From NCBI GenBank assembly GCA_041742075.1, contig JBGSJJ010000016.1, forward strand, positions 19,128-83,127: a stretch of DNA of 64,000 nucleotides. Reading direction: 5' to 3'. This stretch comes from Minisyncoccia bacterium. Lineage in GTDB: Bacteria; Patescibacteriota; Minisyncoccia; Phycocordibacterales; UBA918. This document shows positions 45,612 through 56,141 of this stretch, one piece after another (the first letter of the stretch is position 1; each line of letters begins with the position of its first letter). The notes below the pieces were generated by a model. It was given only the letters and a program-made list of their open reading frames with translations. It ran no database searches and had not been told where the DNA came from. Made by a program: the position numbers and the translations under genes.

Positions 45612-46796
45612 TTAGTGTGTATCTTTGGCTTGGTCATGAAAGTACCGTACCCCAAGCATGATGGCAGAATCACTCGTATCACTGTCACTAATCAATTTTG
45701 CAGTAACAGGATGCACGTTATGGTCTATTCCGGTGGTTTGTTTAGCAACTTGCTTTAGTGTGGTGTTGAAAAAATCTTCGGTATTTTGTTCTGTGTGAAT
45801 AAATATTGCCTGAGGAATAGATAAGTCATCCCCGGTCTTGCTCAAAAGCTCAAGTAATTTTTCTTGATACAAAGCAAAGATTTCTTTTATGATCGTTTGC
45901 TTTTTTTCTGGTATTGAAGCAATGCTGTATTCAGTATTTGCTTTTAGGTAGGTATAGGCTTCTTCAGAAGGAATGTTGAGTGCTTCAGAAATTGCCCGGG
46001 CGAGTGTAAATGAACCAATTTCTATATGGTTGATAAATCGGAGTGTACCATCTCGAACAATAGCAAACTCGGTCGCTTCACTCGTGATGTTTATGAGACA
46101 AGCTTCAAGTGAGTGAGGATAGAGCGTTTCAATACTTTTGTAAAAAAGCGTCATAAAAGACCGGAGTGAGAGCTCAGTCCCGGGAATTATTTTCTGTTGA
46201 GCTTCTTTTACGGCATCAACTAAAGAGGTTACTGCGAGCGAAGTAAGGTGAACAAAAGACAGGTCAGTTGTTCGCTTGTTATAGGGGTCGGTTGTTACGT
46301 AACCGTTAATTGACACACCGATGTTCTCTTGATGGATAACCGATAAACCAAAGTCGTTAAGCAGGCCATTTTCTTTCGCCTTGGCTTCAGCCTGGGAAGC
46401 AGCGAGTTTACTTAAGTCTGTCAGCAATTTTTTGTCGACGATAAAACTTTCTTCATCGACGAGGTGAACGATTTTGGTTGAGGTAAACTCAAATGGTGCC
46501 GAGATGGAGACCTGGAGAACTGACAAACGTTCTTTAGGGTTGAAGGCGTGGAGATTTTTGAGGCCAGTACCACCTAGTTCTAAAAAAGCATTAATAATAG
46601 CTGTTTTTATCCCCCGCTCAGCTTCTTGAAGTGTGGTAGCGGTTCGAAGGAGTGAGTGTTCACGGTGTGACCAGATAATTTTTGTTTCTTCGCTGTTTCT
46701 ACTTGCGACTACAATAGCTATACCAACACTGCCTGAACCAATGTCCACAACTGCACCACAACAGGTATCTGTATCATAAGATCGTGACCAAAACAT
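45612..46796 (-). CDS. Actin-like ATPase of the FtsA/PilM family.
   Basis: 'VVDIGSGSVGIAIV' (phosphate-1) and 'IEIGSFTLARAISEALNIPSEEAYTYLK' resemble FtsA/PilM motifs. Confidence 0.45.
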   Translation of the reverse strand: MFWSRSYDTDTCCGAVVDIGSGSVGIAIVVASRNSEETKIIWSHREHSLLRTATTLQEAERGIKTAIINAFLELGGTGLKNLHAFNPKERLSVLQVSISAPFEFTSTKIVHLVDEESFIVDKKLLTDLSKLAASQAEAKAKENGLLNDFGLSVIHQENIGVSINGYVTTDPYNKRTTDLSFVHLTSLAVTSLVDAVKEAQQKIIPGTELSLRSFMTLFYKSIETLYPHSLEACLINITSEATEFAIVRDGTLRFINHIEIGSFTLARAISEALNIPSEEAYTYLKANTEYSIASIPEKKQTIIKEIFALYQEKLLELLSKTGDDLSIPQAIFIHTEQNTEDFFNTTLKQVAKQTTGIDHNVHPVTAKLISDSDTSDSAIMLGVRYFHDQAKDTH

Positions 46797-46858
46797 TTGT
46801 CCTTAGTATACCTTGCGCAGTCTCTGTTGTAGACAGCGGGTGCTCACAAAATAGTGGA

Positions 46859-48799
46859 TTAGACGAGCACGGCTTTAATGCGCCGTACACCAGCTGATGA
46901 AGATTCTTCTTTGGTGATTTTAAACGTACCGCTTATTTCAGACAGGTCACTCACGTGTGGTCCTCCACAAAGTTCGCGAGAATACACAGTACCGTCACTT
47001 CCTGTCATCGTGTAGACTTTCACTTCGTCTGGATAACGATCCCAGAAACTCGCCTCGATAGTTGGGTCTTGTTCGGCTTGAGTTTTTGGCATCATGTCGA
47101 TGGTGACGGGGCCACCCATTTTGATAGCATGGTTCACAAACGCTTCGACTTTACGGAGAGTCTCTTCATCGATACGTTCCGGGTGCGTTACGTCGTAGCG
47201 TAAACGTTCGCCCGTAATGTTGCTCCCCGCTTGGTGCACATGGGTGCCAAGTATGCTTCTTAAACCAGCGAGCATAAGGTGAGTAGCAGTGTGATACTGC
47301 ACTACCTGTTCTGAGCTGTCAGCTAGACCGCCTTTGAACTTATGTTCAGCACCGGCTCTTGATTGCTCTTTGTGAGCCTCCATAAGCTTTTCAAAGCCTT
47401 TACGGTCTACAACCATGCCCTTCTCCTGCGCAATCTCTTCGGTGAGTTCAATCGGAAAGCCGTAGGTAGTGAAAAGTTCAAACGCATTGTTAGCACTTAT
47501 TGCTTTTTTTACTTCGGCTGGCTTACTGGTATCGAGGGTCTTTTTGCCGTCAACTACAGTACTTGTCATATGCACCTGAAGTGCGACTTTATTGAATTGC
47601 TTCAAACCTCGTTCGAGCGTCTTTCGGAATTGCTCTTCTTCTTTGGCAATCAACTGTTCGATAATTGCCCTTTTCTCTGTAAGATACGGATATGCCTCTT
47701 GATACATCTCTGCAATCGGTTGTACCACTTTAGAAAAGGTATTTTCTCCAATACCAAGCGTATCTGCGTATCGTACTGAACGTCGTATAAGTCGACGTAC
47801 AAAGTAGCCTTGGTCAGTGTTTGAAGGTTCAATACCGTCTGCTATGAGAAAAACTGCAGCTTTCATATGGTCGGCAATAATTCTAAAGGCACGGGTGTGC
47901 TCAGTACCCTCACTGTATGTTTTTCCTGAGCGTTCTTCCAAAAATGACAGTATAGAAGCATGGTTTGTTGGGAAAACGTCTGGCGAATTATTGGCAGCAG
48001 CTGCAATGCGCTCAAGACCTCCGCCGTAGTCGACGTTTTTGTTAGGTAGATTGTCAAAACCATTTTGGACTTTGACGTACTGCATGAAAACTGAGTTTCC
48101 AAGCTCAATGTACCGGCCACAATCACAGTTTGGGTGACAATGCTCTCCCCACTTTGGGTCATGGACTACCTCTGGGAAAAGATAAAACACTTCAGAATCA
48201 GGACCCCCTGGTTCCCCTACTGGCATTTTATCTGGACCACCTACACGACTCCACCAATTTTTGTCCGAGTAGAAGAAAATTCTGCCACCCTGCTCCCCTA
48301 CCTCATAGCCCCTTTCCTCACTTCCAATTTCTATTGAGGTTGCTTCAATGCCAGCTTCTTTAAAAATATCTTTCCAGATGCTTTCGCTTTCTGTGTCCTT
48401 TTCTATATTGGCTTCAGGGTTACCTATGTAGCAGGTAACATAAATGCGGTTTGGGTCTAGCTTAATTTCTTCTGTTAAGAATTTCCAGAATTGATTAATC
48501 TGCTCTTCTTTGAAGTAGTCACCAAGTGACCAATTGCCAAGCATTTCAAAAAATGTTGTATGACGATTATCACCTACCTCTTCAATGTCGCCTGAACGAA
48601 AGCACTTTTGTGAGTTAGCTATTCGCACACCCTTTGGATGCTTTTCACCCATCAGGTATGGAATGAGTGGTTGCATGCCACTACCAGTAAAAAGCGTCGT
48701 CGGGTCGTTTTCAGGCACGAGGGCTGCTGAAGGGATAATTGCGTGCCCCTGTTTCTTTAAATACTCAAGATATTTGGTTCGAATGTCGTTTCCACTCAT
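46859..48799 (-). CDS. alaS: Alanyl-tRNA synthetase, short form lacking the C-terminal C-Ala domain.
   Basis: 'NDPTTLFTGSGMQP' and 'RHTTFFEMLGNWSLGDYFK' form the AlaRS catalytic core. Editing-domain HxxxH motif 'HTATHLM'. Only 646 aa. Confidence 0.9.
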   Translation of the reverse strand: MSGNDIRTKYLEYLKKQGHAIIPSAALVPENDPTTLFTGSGMQPLIPYLMGEKHPKGVRIANSQKCFRSGDIEEVGDNRHTTFFEMLGNWSLGDYFKEEQINQFWKFLTEEIKLDPNRIYVTCYIGNPEANIEKDTESESIWKDIFKEAGIEATSIEIGSEERGYEVGEQGGRIFFYSDKNWWSRVGGPDKMPVGEPGGPDSEVFYLFPEVVHDPKWGEHCHPNCDCGRYIELGNSVFMQYVKVQNGFDNLPNKNVDYGGGLERIAAAANNSPDVFPTNHASILSFLEERSGKTYSEGTEHTRAFRIIADHMKAAVFLIADGIEPSNTDQGYFVRRLIRRSVRYADTLGIGENTFSKVVQPIAEMYQEAYPYLTEKRAIIEQLIAKEEEQFRKTLERGLKQFNKVALQVHMTSTVVDGKKTLDTSKPAEVKKAISANNAFELFTTYGFPIELTEEIAQEKGMVVDRKGFEKLMEAHKEQSRAGAEHKFKGGLADSSEQVVQYHTATHLMLAGLRSILGTHVHQAGSNITGERLRYDVTHPERIDEETLRKVEAFVNHAIKMGGPVTIDMMPKTQAEQDPTIEASFWDRYPDEVKVYTMTGSDGTVYSRELCGGPHVSDLSEISGTFKITKEESSSAGVRRIKAVLV

Positions 48800-48845
48800 A
48801 AGATAGTTACTCTAATACAAAGTTCTCTTCTAGACAAATACTAGC

Positions 48846-50129
48846 CTATGAACTTTGCTTAAAGCTATTCAATATTGTCGTGACTGCTTTGGTGGGTCCA
48901 GCACCACTTATGGTGATGAGGTCAGAGTTTAGATACTTTTTTAGGGCCTGATTAACTTCGCTCAAGGTAAGCTTTTGCATTTTCTCCATCAGCTCGATTT
49001 GCTGTTCTAGTGTTAAGCCACGTAGTTGAAGTTCCTCCACATAGGCCACGGTAGAAGAAAGCGAGTCATAAATGAGTGTGCTACTTGTCTTGAGGATTAC
49101 TTTGAAACGCTTAAGTTCAACCGGCGTGATACCTTTGGTACGTATCGCGTTTACCTCTCGTAAGGTAGAGGTAATACCTTGTTTGAGGTCTTTGGTAGAA
49201 AAGAAAGTCATAATTCTCCAATGTCCGGTTTCAGTCGTCGTAAATGCTTCTGGGTACGCGTAAATACCATAGGTGAGTCCTTCCTTTTCACGAACAGTGC
49301 TCATGAGTCGCCCCGAGAAACCACCACCTTTGCCAAGCACACTGATACCAAAGGCAAATGCTACGTACTCTTTGTCAGTAAGTGTCATCGGTACACTGCC
49401 TCCGATAGCGAGCTCGACGTTTTGTCGCCCCGGTATGTGGTTCATCACAATCTTTCGATTCGATAACGACAGTGGAGAACTAGTGCTTTTTTGTGTCGGA
49501 GTGCCTGATTTTTGGAGCTTTGCAATTCTTTTGTATACCGTATCAATAACGTCAACTTCCCCGCCGATAGTGAGTGTCCATTTAGCAGACATAGCCCGAA
49601 CGTGGAGCGAGCGCACGTCGGCCTGAGACACTTCCTCGACAACCTTTTTGAGCAAAGCTGGTGGATGTACAAACCGTCTGTCTGGGAACGCATACAATGT
49701 GTTTGCAAATGAATTTCGAGCTACCGACCGAGCGTCTTCTTCTGCTAAGGTAAGATTATTGATAAGTGTTTCGATAGCTCGCGTCAGTTCAGGCTTGGCA
49801 AAATGCGGCTCGGTAAACATGGTTTCAATTAAGGACAGGACCTTTGAAGTGTGTTCTTTAAGTGATTGGACTGAGATAAGCACCATTCCTTTACTGCACG
49901 AAATGTCGAGAGTAACACCAAGAGCGTTGAGACTATTCAGAAAATCTTCTCGACTGTACTTCCCGGCACCAGATAAGAGCAGGTCAGTATAGAGGTGTAA
50001 GGTCGCGGTTTCTTTAAGTGAGTTTTCTACGTGGACATCTAGTGCTAGGTCACACCGAAAAAACCTTGCTTGAGGAACTTCTACTCTGCCTAGCTTTATG
50101 TTTTCGTGTTCTGTCGTTAGGATTTTCAT
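48846..50129 (-). CDS. M16-family peptidase, non-catalytic partner subunit.
   Basis: M16 fold similarity without the HxxEH motif. Overlaps the upstream M16 gene by 4 nt. Confidence 0.65.
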   Translation of the reverse strand: MKILTTEHENIKLGRVEVPQARFFRCDLALDVHVENSLKETATLHLYTDLLLSGAGKYSREDFLNSLNALGVTLDISCSKGMVLISVQSLKEHTSKVLSLIETMFTEPHFAKPELTRAIETLINNLTLAEEDARSVARNSFANTLYAFPDRRFVHPPALLKKVVEEVSQADVRSLHVRAMSAKWTLTIGGEVDVIDTVYKRIAKLQKSGTPTQKSTSSPLSLSNRKIVMNHIPGRQNVELAIGGSVPMTLTDKEYVAFAFGISVLGKGGGFSGRLMSTVREKEGLTYGIYAYPEAFTTTETGHWRIMTFFSTKDLKQGITSTLREVNAIRTKGITPVELKRFKVILKTSSTLIYDSLSSTVAYVEELQLRGLTLEQQIELMEKMQKLTLSEVNQALKKYLNSDLITISGAGPTKAVTTILNSFKQSS

Positions 50130-51370
50130 ACTCGTTTTGTTTTAAATACCCCAATCGTCATATTATTTTCTTCAAATAAGGCAGATAGTCTTTTCTGGAT
50201 GTCACCTACGGTAATTGAGCGAAGGAGTGACTCGGTAGTAAAAAATGCTTCCCAATTTCCTGCTGCAACATACTCCGTCAGTTCCATCGCAATTTTAAGA
50301 CTACTGTCTCGGTTATACACTTCACTAGCTACGACCTGGGTAACGGCTCGTTTTAGTTTGGCAATGAGCTCTGCTTTGGTGATGCTCCGAATAATCTTTA
50401 AACACTCCGCTTCAACAGAAGCATGGGTGCTTTTAGGACTAAGAGTAATTTCGAGCACTCCTAAGTTCATATGAGAGGTGGGTTCCTGCAGTTGTTGTAC
50501 CGAGGTAGCGAGACCAGTATCTACCAGTCCTTTGTATAAGATGCTATCTGGTCCATCGGCTAGTATCGAAAAGATCAACATGGTTTCAAACCACCCGACA
50601 GAAGGAAATCCGGGGTGTTTGACTCCAATACCGAGGACCTGAGTGTTTGATGCCCGCACTACTTCAGTTCGGCGTATGCCTTCTTGAGCCGGTTCATGTA
50701 CCGATACTTTACTAAGCGGTTCAGGGTGGAGTTGTAACTGACTAAAAATTTTGGCTGTTTCCATAAGAGCCGTTTCTTTGTCAACATCGCCAATTATCAT
50801 TAAAACCGCATTGTCAGGTCGGTAGTGAAGTCGGTAGAACGCTTCAAGTTTCTCGGTAGTGTATGACTCTATGTCTTCCCGAAAGCCGATAGTCTCGTGT
50901 CCATACGGATGAGAAGTAAATGCTGTAGTTACCATAGCGACAGACAGGGCAAAACTTGGATTGCCGTTGTACATGTCGTATTCACTGAGCACATTGGTGC
51001 GTTCCGGTAAGAACTCTTTCTCCGATAGCACTACGTCACACATTCGCTCAGCTTCTATCAATAGGGCGCGAGTAAAGTATTCTTTGGGGTATGAAAAAAA
51101 GTACGTTGTTCGGTCTTTCCAGGTGTTAGCATTTAAGAGCGCCCCGACTTCCCTATCGAAGTGCATAGCGCTTCCGTCAATTTTACGTTTGAGATCATAT
51201 TTTGTAGGCTTAAAAAGCATGTGTTCCAACATGTGAGCCAGCCCAGTTTCACCACGGGCTTCGTCACGTGCACCGACCAAATACGTGATATTGGTAGAAA
51301 CCACACCGGTTTGTGGTATACGCATATACAAAACTCGCAAGTTGTTCTTGAGGAGAACAAACTCTGACAT
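50126..51370 (-). CDS. M16-family zinc peptidase (insulinase/pitrilysin-like), catalytic subunit.
   Basis: 'GLAHMLEHMLFK' is the inverted HxxEH zinc-binding motif. Start chosen at 51370 to avoid overlap with the next gene. Confidence 0.75.
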   Translation of the reverse strand: MSEFVLLKNNLRVLYMRIPQTGVVSTNITYLVGARDEARGETGLAHMLEHMLFKPTKYDLKRKIDGSAMHFDREVGALLNANTWKDRTTYFFSYPKEYFTRALLIEAERMCDVVLSEKEFLPERTNVLSEYDMYNGNPSFALSVAMVTTAFTSHPYGHETIGFREDIESYTTEKLEAFYRLHYRPDNAVLMIIGDVDKETALMETAKIFSQLQLHPEPLSKVSVHEPAQEGIRRTEVVRASNTQVLGIGVKHPGFPSVGWFETMLIFSILADGPDSILYKGLVDTGLATSVQQLQEPTSHMNLGVLEITLSPKSTHASVEAECLKIIRSITKAELIAKLKRAVTQVVASEVYNRDSSLKIAMELTEYVAAGNWEAFFTTESLLRSITVGDIQKRLSALFEENNMTIGVFKTKRV

Positions 51371-51410
51371 CCCGTTAATTGTTTTGACGAGCCGAAATTC
51401 TTTACTGACA

Positions 51411-52031
51411 CTAGTTTTCTTCTTGAGCTTTTTTGACTTCATAGACAAATTTTCGGTATTCTTCAAATACATGGTTAAATTCTGACAATATTGGGTTTTG
51501 GACTTTATGGTTTAGAATATTCGAAATTTTCTGGTAGACCTCCACTCGCTTCTCAAGCGAACCACCGAAGTCAGCAATAAATCGGCTATGGTCATCATAA
51601 TAGTCTTCAACGATTGATCGTAAGTTATGAATCTTATCGGCAGCGGCGACAATACAGGCCACTTCTTTTCCGTCTTTTAGTTGTTTTATATACTGCTCTT
51701 TGCGTTCAATCCAGGTATACGGGCGTACCTCCGTAGTCTGTGGTTCACTGACGGTTTCGACAATCTCGCGCACAACTCCGCCAAAATCATCCTCGAGCTC
51801 CTTGGCGGTGTAGTCAGTATCTTCGAGTGTGTCATGAAGGAGGGCTGCAATAATGGCGTCTTCCTCTGGCAGATAGTCAGCCACAATAAAAGCAGTGGCT
51901 ACTAAGTGACTCACATACGGCAGTGGTGCCGAACCTTTTCTGACCTGGTCCTTATGGAGGATGGTAGCAGCGCGGATAGCTTGCTCAATTCGGTAAGAAT
52001 ACAACATAATCAAAGTAGTATAGCAGAACAA
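51411..52031 (-). CDS. HD-domain hydrolase of the RelA/SpoT (p)ppGpp-hydrolase type, small stand-alone form.
   Basis: 'AALLHDTLEDT' is the HD motif of the SpoT hydrolase domain. About 200 aa. Confidence 0.6.
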   Translation of the reverse strand: MFCYTTLIMLYSYRIEQAIRAATILHKDQVRKGSAPLPYVSHLVATAFIVADYLPEEDAIIAALLHDTLEDTDYTAKELEDDFGGVVREIVETVSEPQTTEVRPYTWIERKEQYIKQLKDGKEVACIVAAADKIHNLRSIVEDYYDDHSRFIADFGGSLEKRVEVYQKISNILNHKVQNPILSEFNHVFEEYRKFVYEVKKAQEEN

Positions 52032-52051
52032 GTTTAGTACGCACTAGCGGA

Positions 52052-52423
52052 TTATTCGCGGACTTTCTTTTTACGAGCTTCTACCATATCTTGATTTTTT
52101 TCATGCTCCTTCTTGTCTCGCTTCTCGGCTTCGAGAGTCATCCGTTTGTTATTGAGCTCACGCTCAAGATTGAGAAGTGTCATGCGCACGCTCTTGAGGA
52201 GGCTGTCGTTCTTGTTTAGATTTTTTTCAATTGATGCAATATTTATTTTGGCTTTCTTTTCATACAAAGCAATTTCCTGCTCGGCTTTCTGGCGGATGCT
52301 GGCAACAGTACTTAAATGCTCTCGTTGTGCCTCAGAGAGTTCCTGCATTAACTTTGCACCAATCGTTTGCAGACGAGTTTGCTCATAGGTGGCTTCTTCA
52401 TGTCGTCGTTCGTCTTGATCCAT
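52052..52423 (-). CDS. Coiled-coil hypothetical protein (123 aa).
   Basis: Highly charged heptad-repeat sequence. Confidence 0.4.
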   Translation of the reverse strand: MDQDERRHEEATYEQTRLQTIGAKLMQELSEAQREHLSTVASIRQKAEQEIALYEKKAKINIASIEKNLNKNDSLLKSVRMTLLNLERELNNKRMTLEAEKRDKKEHEKNQDMVEARKKKVRE

Positions 52424-52425
52424 AC

Positions 52426-52680
52426 TTAAAAATATCCTTCTTGTTCCAATAATTTCCGTTTGGCTGTTTCGCCTCCCCTATTATACCCACCAAGCCCGCC
52501 ATCACTTCTAATGACCCGGTGACAAGGGATATCCGTGTCGAAGTTGTTTGCCATGATGTTGGCTACTGCACGAGCAGCTTTCGGACTACCGACTCTGACC
52601 GCAACTTCTTGATACGATAGGGCACTTCCTTTTGGAATGTTGCGGACGACCTCACGTACGGACTCGGTAAAAGTACTCAT
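52426..52680 (-). CDS. MGMT-family DNA-binding domain protein (O6-alkylguanine alkyltransferase-like, 84 aa).
   Basis: 'IPCHRVIRSDGGLGGY' is the PCHRV active-site motif of the Ogt/Ada C-terminal domain. Confidence 0.7.
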   Translation of the reverse strand: MSTFTESVREVVRNIPKGSALSYQEVAVRVGSPKAARAVANIMANNFDTDIPCHRVIRSDGGLGGYNRGGETAKRKLLEQEGYF

Positions 52681-52688
52681 ATAATTTA

Positions 52689-53468
52689 CTATTTACTCCG
52701 GTGGAGAGCCAATAATTTCTTGCCAGAGGCTTCTCGGTAGGGACAATACTCACAACTTGGTCCGGAAACAGGAATGCCTGAAGACTCAAGACAGGCTTTA
52801 ATGTTGTCGAGGGTTTTCGGTATCCAGTCGACAACTGCCTCGCAGGACACGAGTGTGGTTTCAAAAGTCAGGGTGTCACCAAAAACTTCGGCGGTCTTGC
52901 TGGCATTGGCGTACACGAGATAGCCTGTCTCAGCAACGGTAAAGCCATTTTGCTCAAACAAGTGTCTGTAGACACCGAGCTGTCTCGTATACTGCACCTC
53001 CCATGGACTATCGCCAAGTTTTTCAATCCGTTCAGCTTTTGAGGTAGCTTTGTAGTCAGCGATGATGAGTGTTCCGTCAGTCTTAACCCACACGTCATCT
53101 ATTCCACCGGAAACAACCAGTCCGGTCTTCTTGTCTGTGTAACTAATGCCAACAAACGGATCTCGCCAGGTATCTAAGTCTTTGTGCTTAAACGGCACGG
53201 CATTTAGTTTGTGCTTTTCCATTAACGGGTGAGGCTCTTGTTTAGCGCGATAGATATCGAACTCTTTTTTAAAAAGTTCATCCACGGCTATGTTGAGGTT
53301 AAATGAGGGAAAGCCAGGGCGCTTCGTACCAAGTTTGTTGTCGATATAAAAACAACGCGGACATTCGAGGAATAAATCAATTTTTGACCTTGAAAGGCGC
53401 CACTTTTCTCCCCCGTAGTTCCACTCGTTACTTCGGTTTGGGTTGTATTTAGGAGTATAGGTCGACAT
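52689..53468 (-). CDS. PD-(D/E)XK nuclease with Cys clusters (Cas4/RecB-family-like).
   Basis: 'IIADYKATSK' (D..K catalytic region). N-terminal 'ECPRCFY' and C-terminal 'CEYCPY' Cys motifs suggest Fe-S binding. Confidence 0.5.
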   Translation of the reverse strand: MSTYTPKYNPNRSNEWNYGGEKWRLSRSKIDLFLECPRCFYIDNKLGTKRPGFPSFNLNIAVDELFKKEFDIYRAKQEPHPLMEKHKLNAVPFKHKDLDTWRDPFVGISYTDKKTGLVVSGGIDDVWVKTDGTLIIADYKATSKAERIEKLGDSPWEVQYTRQLGVYRHLFEQNGFTVAETGYLVYANASKTAEVFGDTLTFETTLVSCEAVVDWIPKTLDNIKACLESSGIPVSGPSCEYCPYREASGKKLLALHRSK

Positions 53469-53536
53469 AACAGTAACAGTATATCATATAAGAAAAAGCC
53501 CTACTGATAGGGCTTTTTCTATAGTTTTAGATGAGA

Positions 53537-54076
53537 TTATTCAGCTTTGAACGTTGCAAACACACCGTCAATTTGTGAGTCGGTAGCAAGATTGAATTTT
53601 CGGTCACCGTCTTCAGTGAAGAATACAATAGCGTAGTCACGACCAGCTACTGTTGGAGCGAGTAATTGAACATTCTCAGGAACGAGACCTTGTGACTTAC
53701 TAAACCGTGAAGCACCAAGGATAGGTCCAAGCTTTTCTTCAGTGTAGGTTCGAACAGCAATCCAACCGTCTTCAACTGGGTAGGTTACATCTTTAAGTGT
53801 AACTACAGATCCACCCTTTTGGGCATCAAGAGAAACTTTACCTTCACCAGTCATTAACTCAACTTTTGGTTCTGGTACTGTCGCGTTTGCTTCAGCTTCA
53901 ACTTCTGCTTCAGTTTCGGTTACTTGCTCTGTAGTATCTTTTTCTTCATCCATTTTCTTCTTACCCTCAGGTGTGCCAGTGAAGACCCACACTAAGAGTC
54001 CACCAATCAGCAATCCTGCTACAAACGCCACTACTGTCTTCTGACCTTCCTGCTTTTCTTGTTCTGTCATACTCAA
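53537..54076 (-). CDS. Membrane-anchored hypothetical protein (179 aa).
   Basis: TM segment 'VVAFVAGLLIGGLLVWVF', then an acidic linker. Confidence 0.4.
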   Translation of the reverse strand: MSMTEQEKQEGQKTVVAFVAGLLIGGLLVWVFTGTPEGKKKMDEEKDTTEQVTETEAEVEAEANATVPEPKVELMTGEGKVSLDAQKGGSVVTLKDVTYPVEDGWIAVRTYTEEKLGPILGASRFSKSQGLVPENVQLLAPTVAGRDYAIVFFTEDGDRKFNLATDSQIDGVFATFKAE

Positions 54077-54184
54077 ATACTGAAATAATTCCTTATATAA
54101 ATGAATTGTATCATAGCAAGTTAGCCATGAAACATTGACAAATCTAGTTTTTAAGCTGTTTTACTAGTTCCGGGAGAGTACGAA

Positions 54185-55037
54185 TTAGTCAGTGATTGAT
54201 AGATTGCTGTCGCTACTACAAAGTGAAGTAGCTTCGAAAACCGTGCTTTCTATGCGTTTGGCATTCAAATGTAAGTGACGGAGCATTTCAGGTTTCGCAA
54301 CAATGTCTTGGCAGGTAATTACTCCTGCCGCAATTAAGGCTTGTTTTTGTGAAGTGGTGAGGCTTTGCAGTACCGTGACTGGATAAATCCCCGATCGCTG
54401 AATGCGGTCATGGAGATTGTTATGTTTGGGAAATTCCCAACTTAGCAGAGTAACACCGACACACGTTGCATATTTTTCAGCGGCAGAAGTAAACTTTGTG
54501 TTGGTTACAATCATCAGCTCTTTCACACCACAGATGTCCTCATGACAAATTTTAGCTTCTTTGAGGTCAAGCAGACGAGCGTATGAGTACAAGGCAACTT
54601 GCAAATCCGACTTCATGCCGGGTCTCGAATGAAATTTTGCTTCTGCTACGAAGCTATGGTCGTCTTTATAGGCTGCAACATCGAGTTCATGCTCTGCACA
54701 CTTCCCAGCCAAAATAACGCGGGTTTTTGTGTGGTACCCTTCAAAGGCAAATATCCGGGCGATGAAGTCTTCAAACGGAAACCCGGTTGGACCTAAACCA
54801 AACAGAGCTCTTCGCATAGAATAACGTGCAGACACCGGCGTAGCACTACTTTGAAGCATCTCAAAGGCATGACGGTATATTTCTTGAGTGTGCATTCCCT
54901 CATACATAATAGCCTCAACATGGCGAATGATGTCAGCAATTTCCTCCTTACCAGCGCCAGCCCGCCGTAATGATCTTTGTAGTTTTTCTGATTCAAAGAG
55001 CTCGGTAGACCCGTCAGCTTTTATTACGTGAACAGAC
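54185..55037 (-). CDS. ATP-cone domain fused to an Mrr-like restriction-endonuclease (PD-(D/E)XK) domain.
   Basis: N-terminal 'VIKADGSTELFESEKLQRSL' is an ATP-cone. 'EHELDVAAYKDDHSFVAEAKF' is E-x-D...E-x-K nuclease-like. Confidence 0.5.
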
Positions 55038-55038
55038 A

Positions 55039-56100
55039 TTACAGTATGATACCACCACCCAGACACAAACTACCTGCGTATACCACACACGATTGACCAC
55101 TACTCGGGACGTCACTTTTGCCTTCTGTGACGAAGACTGCTGTCGTCCCTGACAACTCGGCTAGTCGAGCCATAACTGGTGTTTGTCGGTATCTGGTTTG
55201 AATTTCGTAGAGTTGATGTAGTGTCGGTGCCTCATGTATCCAATTGAGGTTCCGGAGCGTGATATGGCTATGGGTCGCTAGGCTTGGTTTGTGTGGACTG
55301 ACGGTAATCGTGTTATCAGTGAGACTGCGGTCTATGACGTAGTGCGGTTCGGTGTTACTACCGATTGTTTTAACGGTAAACCCATGTCGTTGCCCGGTGG
55401 TATAAATAAGTGCCCCTTGGTGTTCGCCGATAGCTTCACCTGATTCACTTAGGACCACGCCTGGTTTTAACTCTACGTAATGTCCAATAAACTCAGGGAT
55501 ATCAATATGACCAAGGAAGCATACTCCTTGGCTATCTTTTTTGTCTGCGGTTATGAGACCAGCGGTGTTGGCTTCAGACCGGATAACCGACTTTGGACTA
55601 TTGCCAACTGGTAGTAGAACAGAGGCGATTTGTGTTTGTGAAAGTGCCCAGAGGAAATAGGATTGATCTTTGTCACCATCCACTCCGCGCAAGAGTTCGT
55701 GACCTGTGTGAGACGCGCGCTTTTGCGCATAGTGACCAGTCGCTATGTAGTCAGCTCCATGGTGCTTTGCAAACTCCAAAAAAGTACCAAATTTAACGTG
55801 CTTGTTGCACATCACGTCGGGGTTTGGCGTTCGGCCGGCTTTGTATTCTTCAATAAAATACTGCGCAACGTCGTCGCGGTAGCTCGCTTCAGCATCGCAG
55901 GTAAGAAACGGAATATCGAGCTTGGCAGCGACTCGCATAGCGTCAAGACGTTCGGCTTCCCAGTTACACGAAAGCCAGTCTGGTTGCCAGACTTTAATAA
56001 ACACCCCAACTACGTTGTAGCCTGTCTGTTTTAGTCGCAAGGCTGCTACCGAAGAATCGACACCACCTGAGAGACCAACAAATACCGTCTTTTTCGACAT
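55039..56100 (-). CDS. mnmA: tRNA-specific 2-thiouridylase.
   Basis: 'VGLSGGVDSSVAA' PP-loop and full-length MnmA similarity. Confidence 0.9.
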   Translation of the reverse strand: MSKKTVFVGLSGGVDSSVAALRLKQTGYNVVGVFIKVWQPDWLSCNWEAERLDAMRVAAKLDIPFLTCDAEASYRDDVAQYFIEEYKAGRTPNPDVMCNKHVKFGTFLEFAKHHGADYIATGHYAQKRASHTGHELLRGVDGDKDQSYFLWALSQTQIASVLLPVGNSPKSVIRSEANTAGLITADKKDSQGVCFLGHIDIPEFIGHYVELKPGVVLSESGEAIGEHQGALIYTTGQRHGFTVKTIGSNTEPHYVIDRSLTDNTITVSPHKPSLATHSHITLRNLNWIHEAPTLHQLYEIQTRYRQTPVMARLAELSGTTAVFVTEGKSDVPSSGQSCVVYAGSLCLGGGIIL

Positions 56101-56141
56101 AATACTGCTACGCTAGCATAGGGCCAATTAAAAACACAAGT

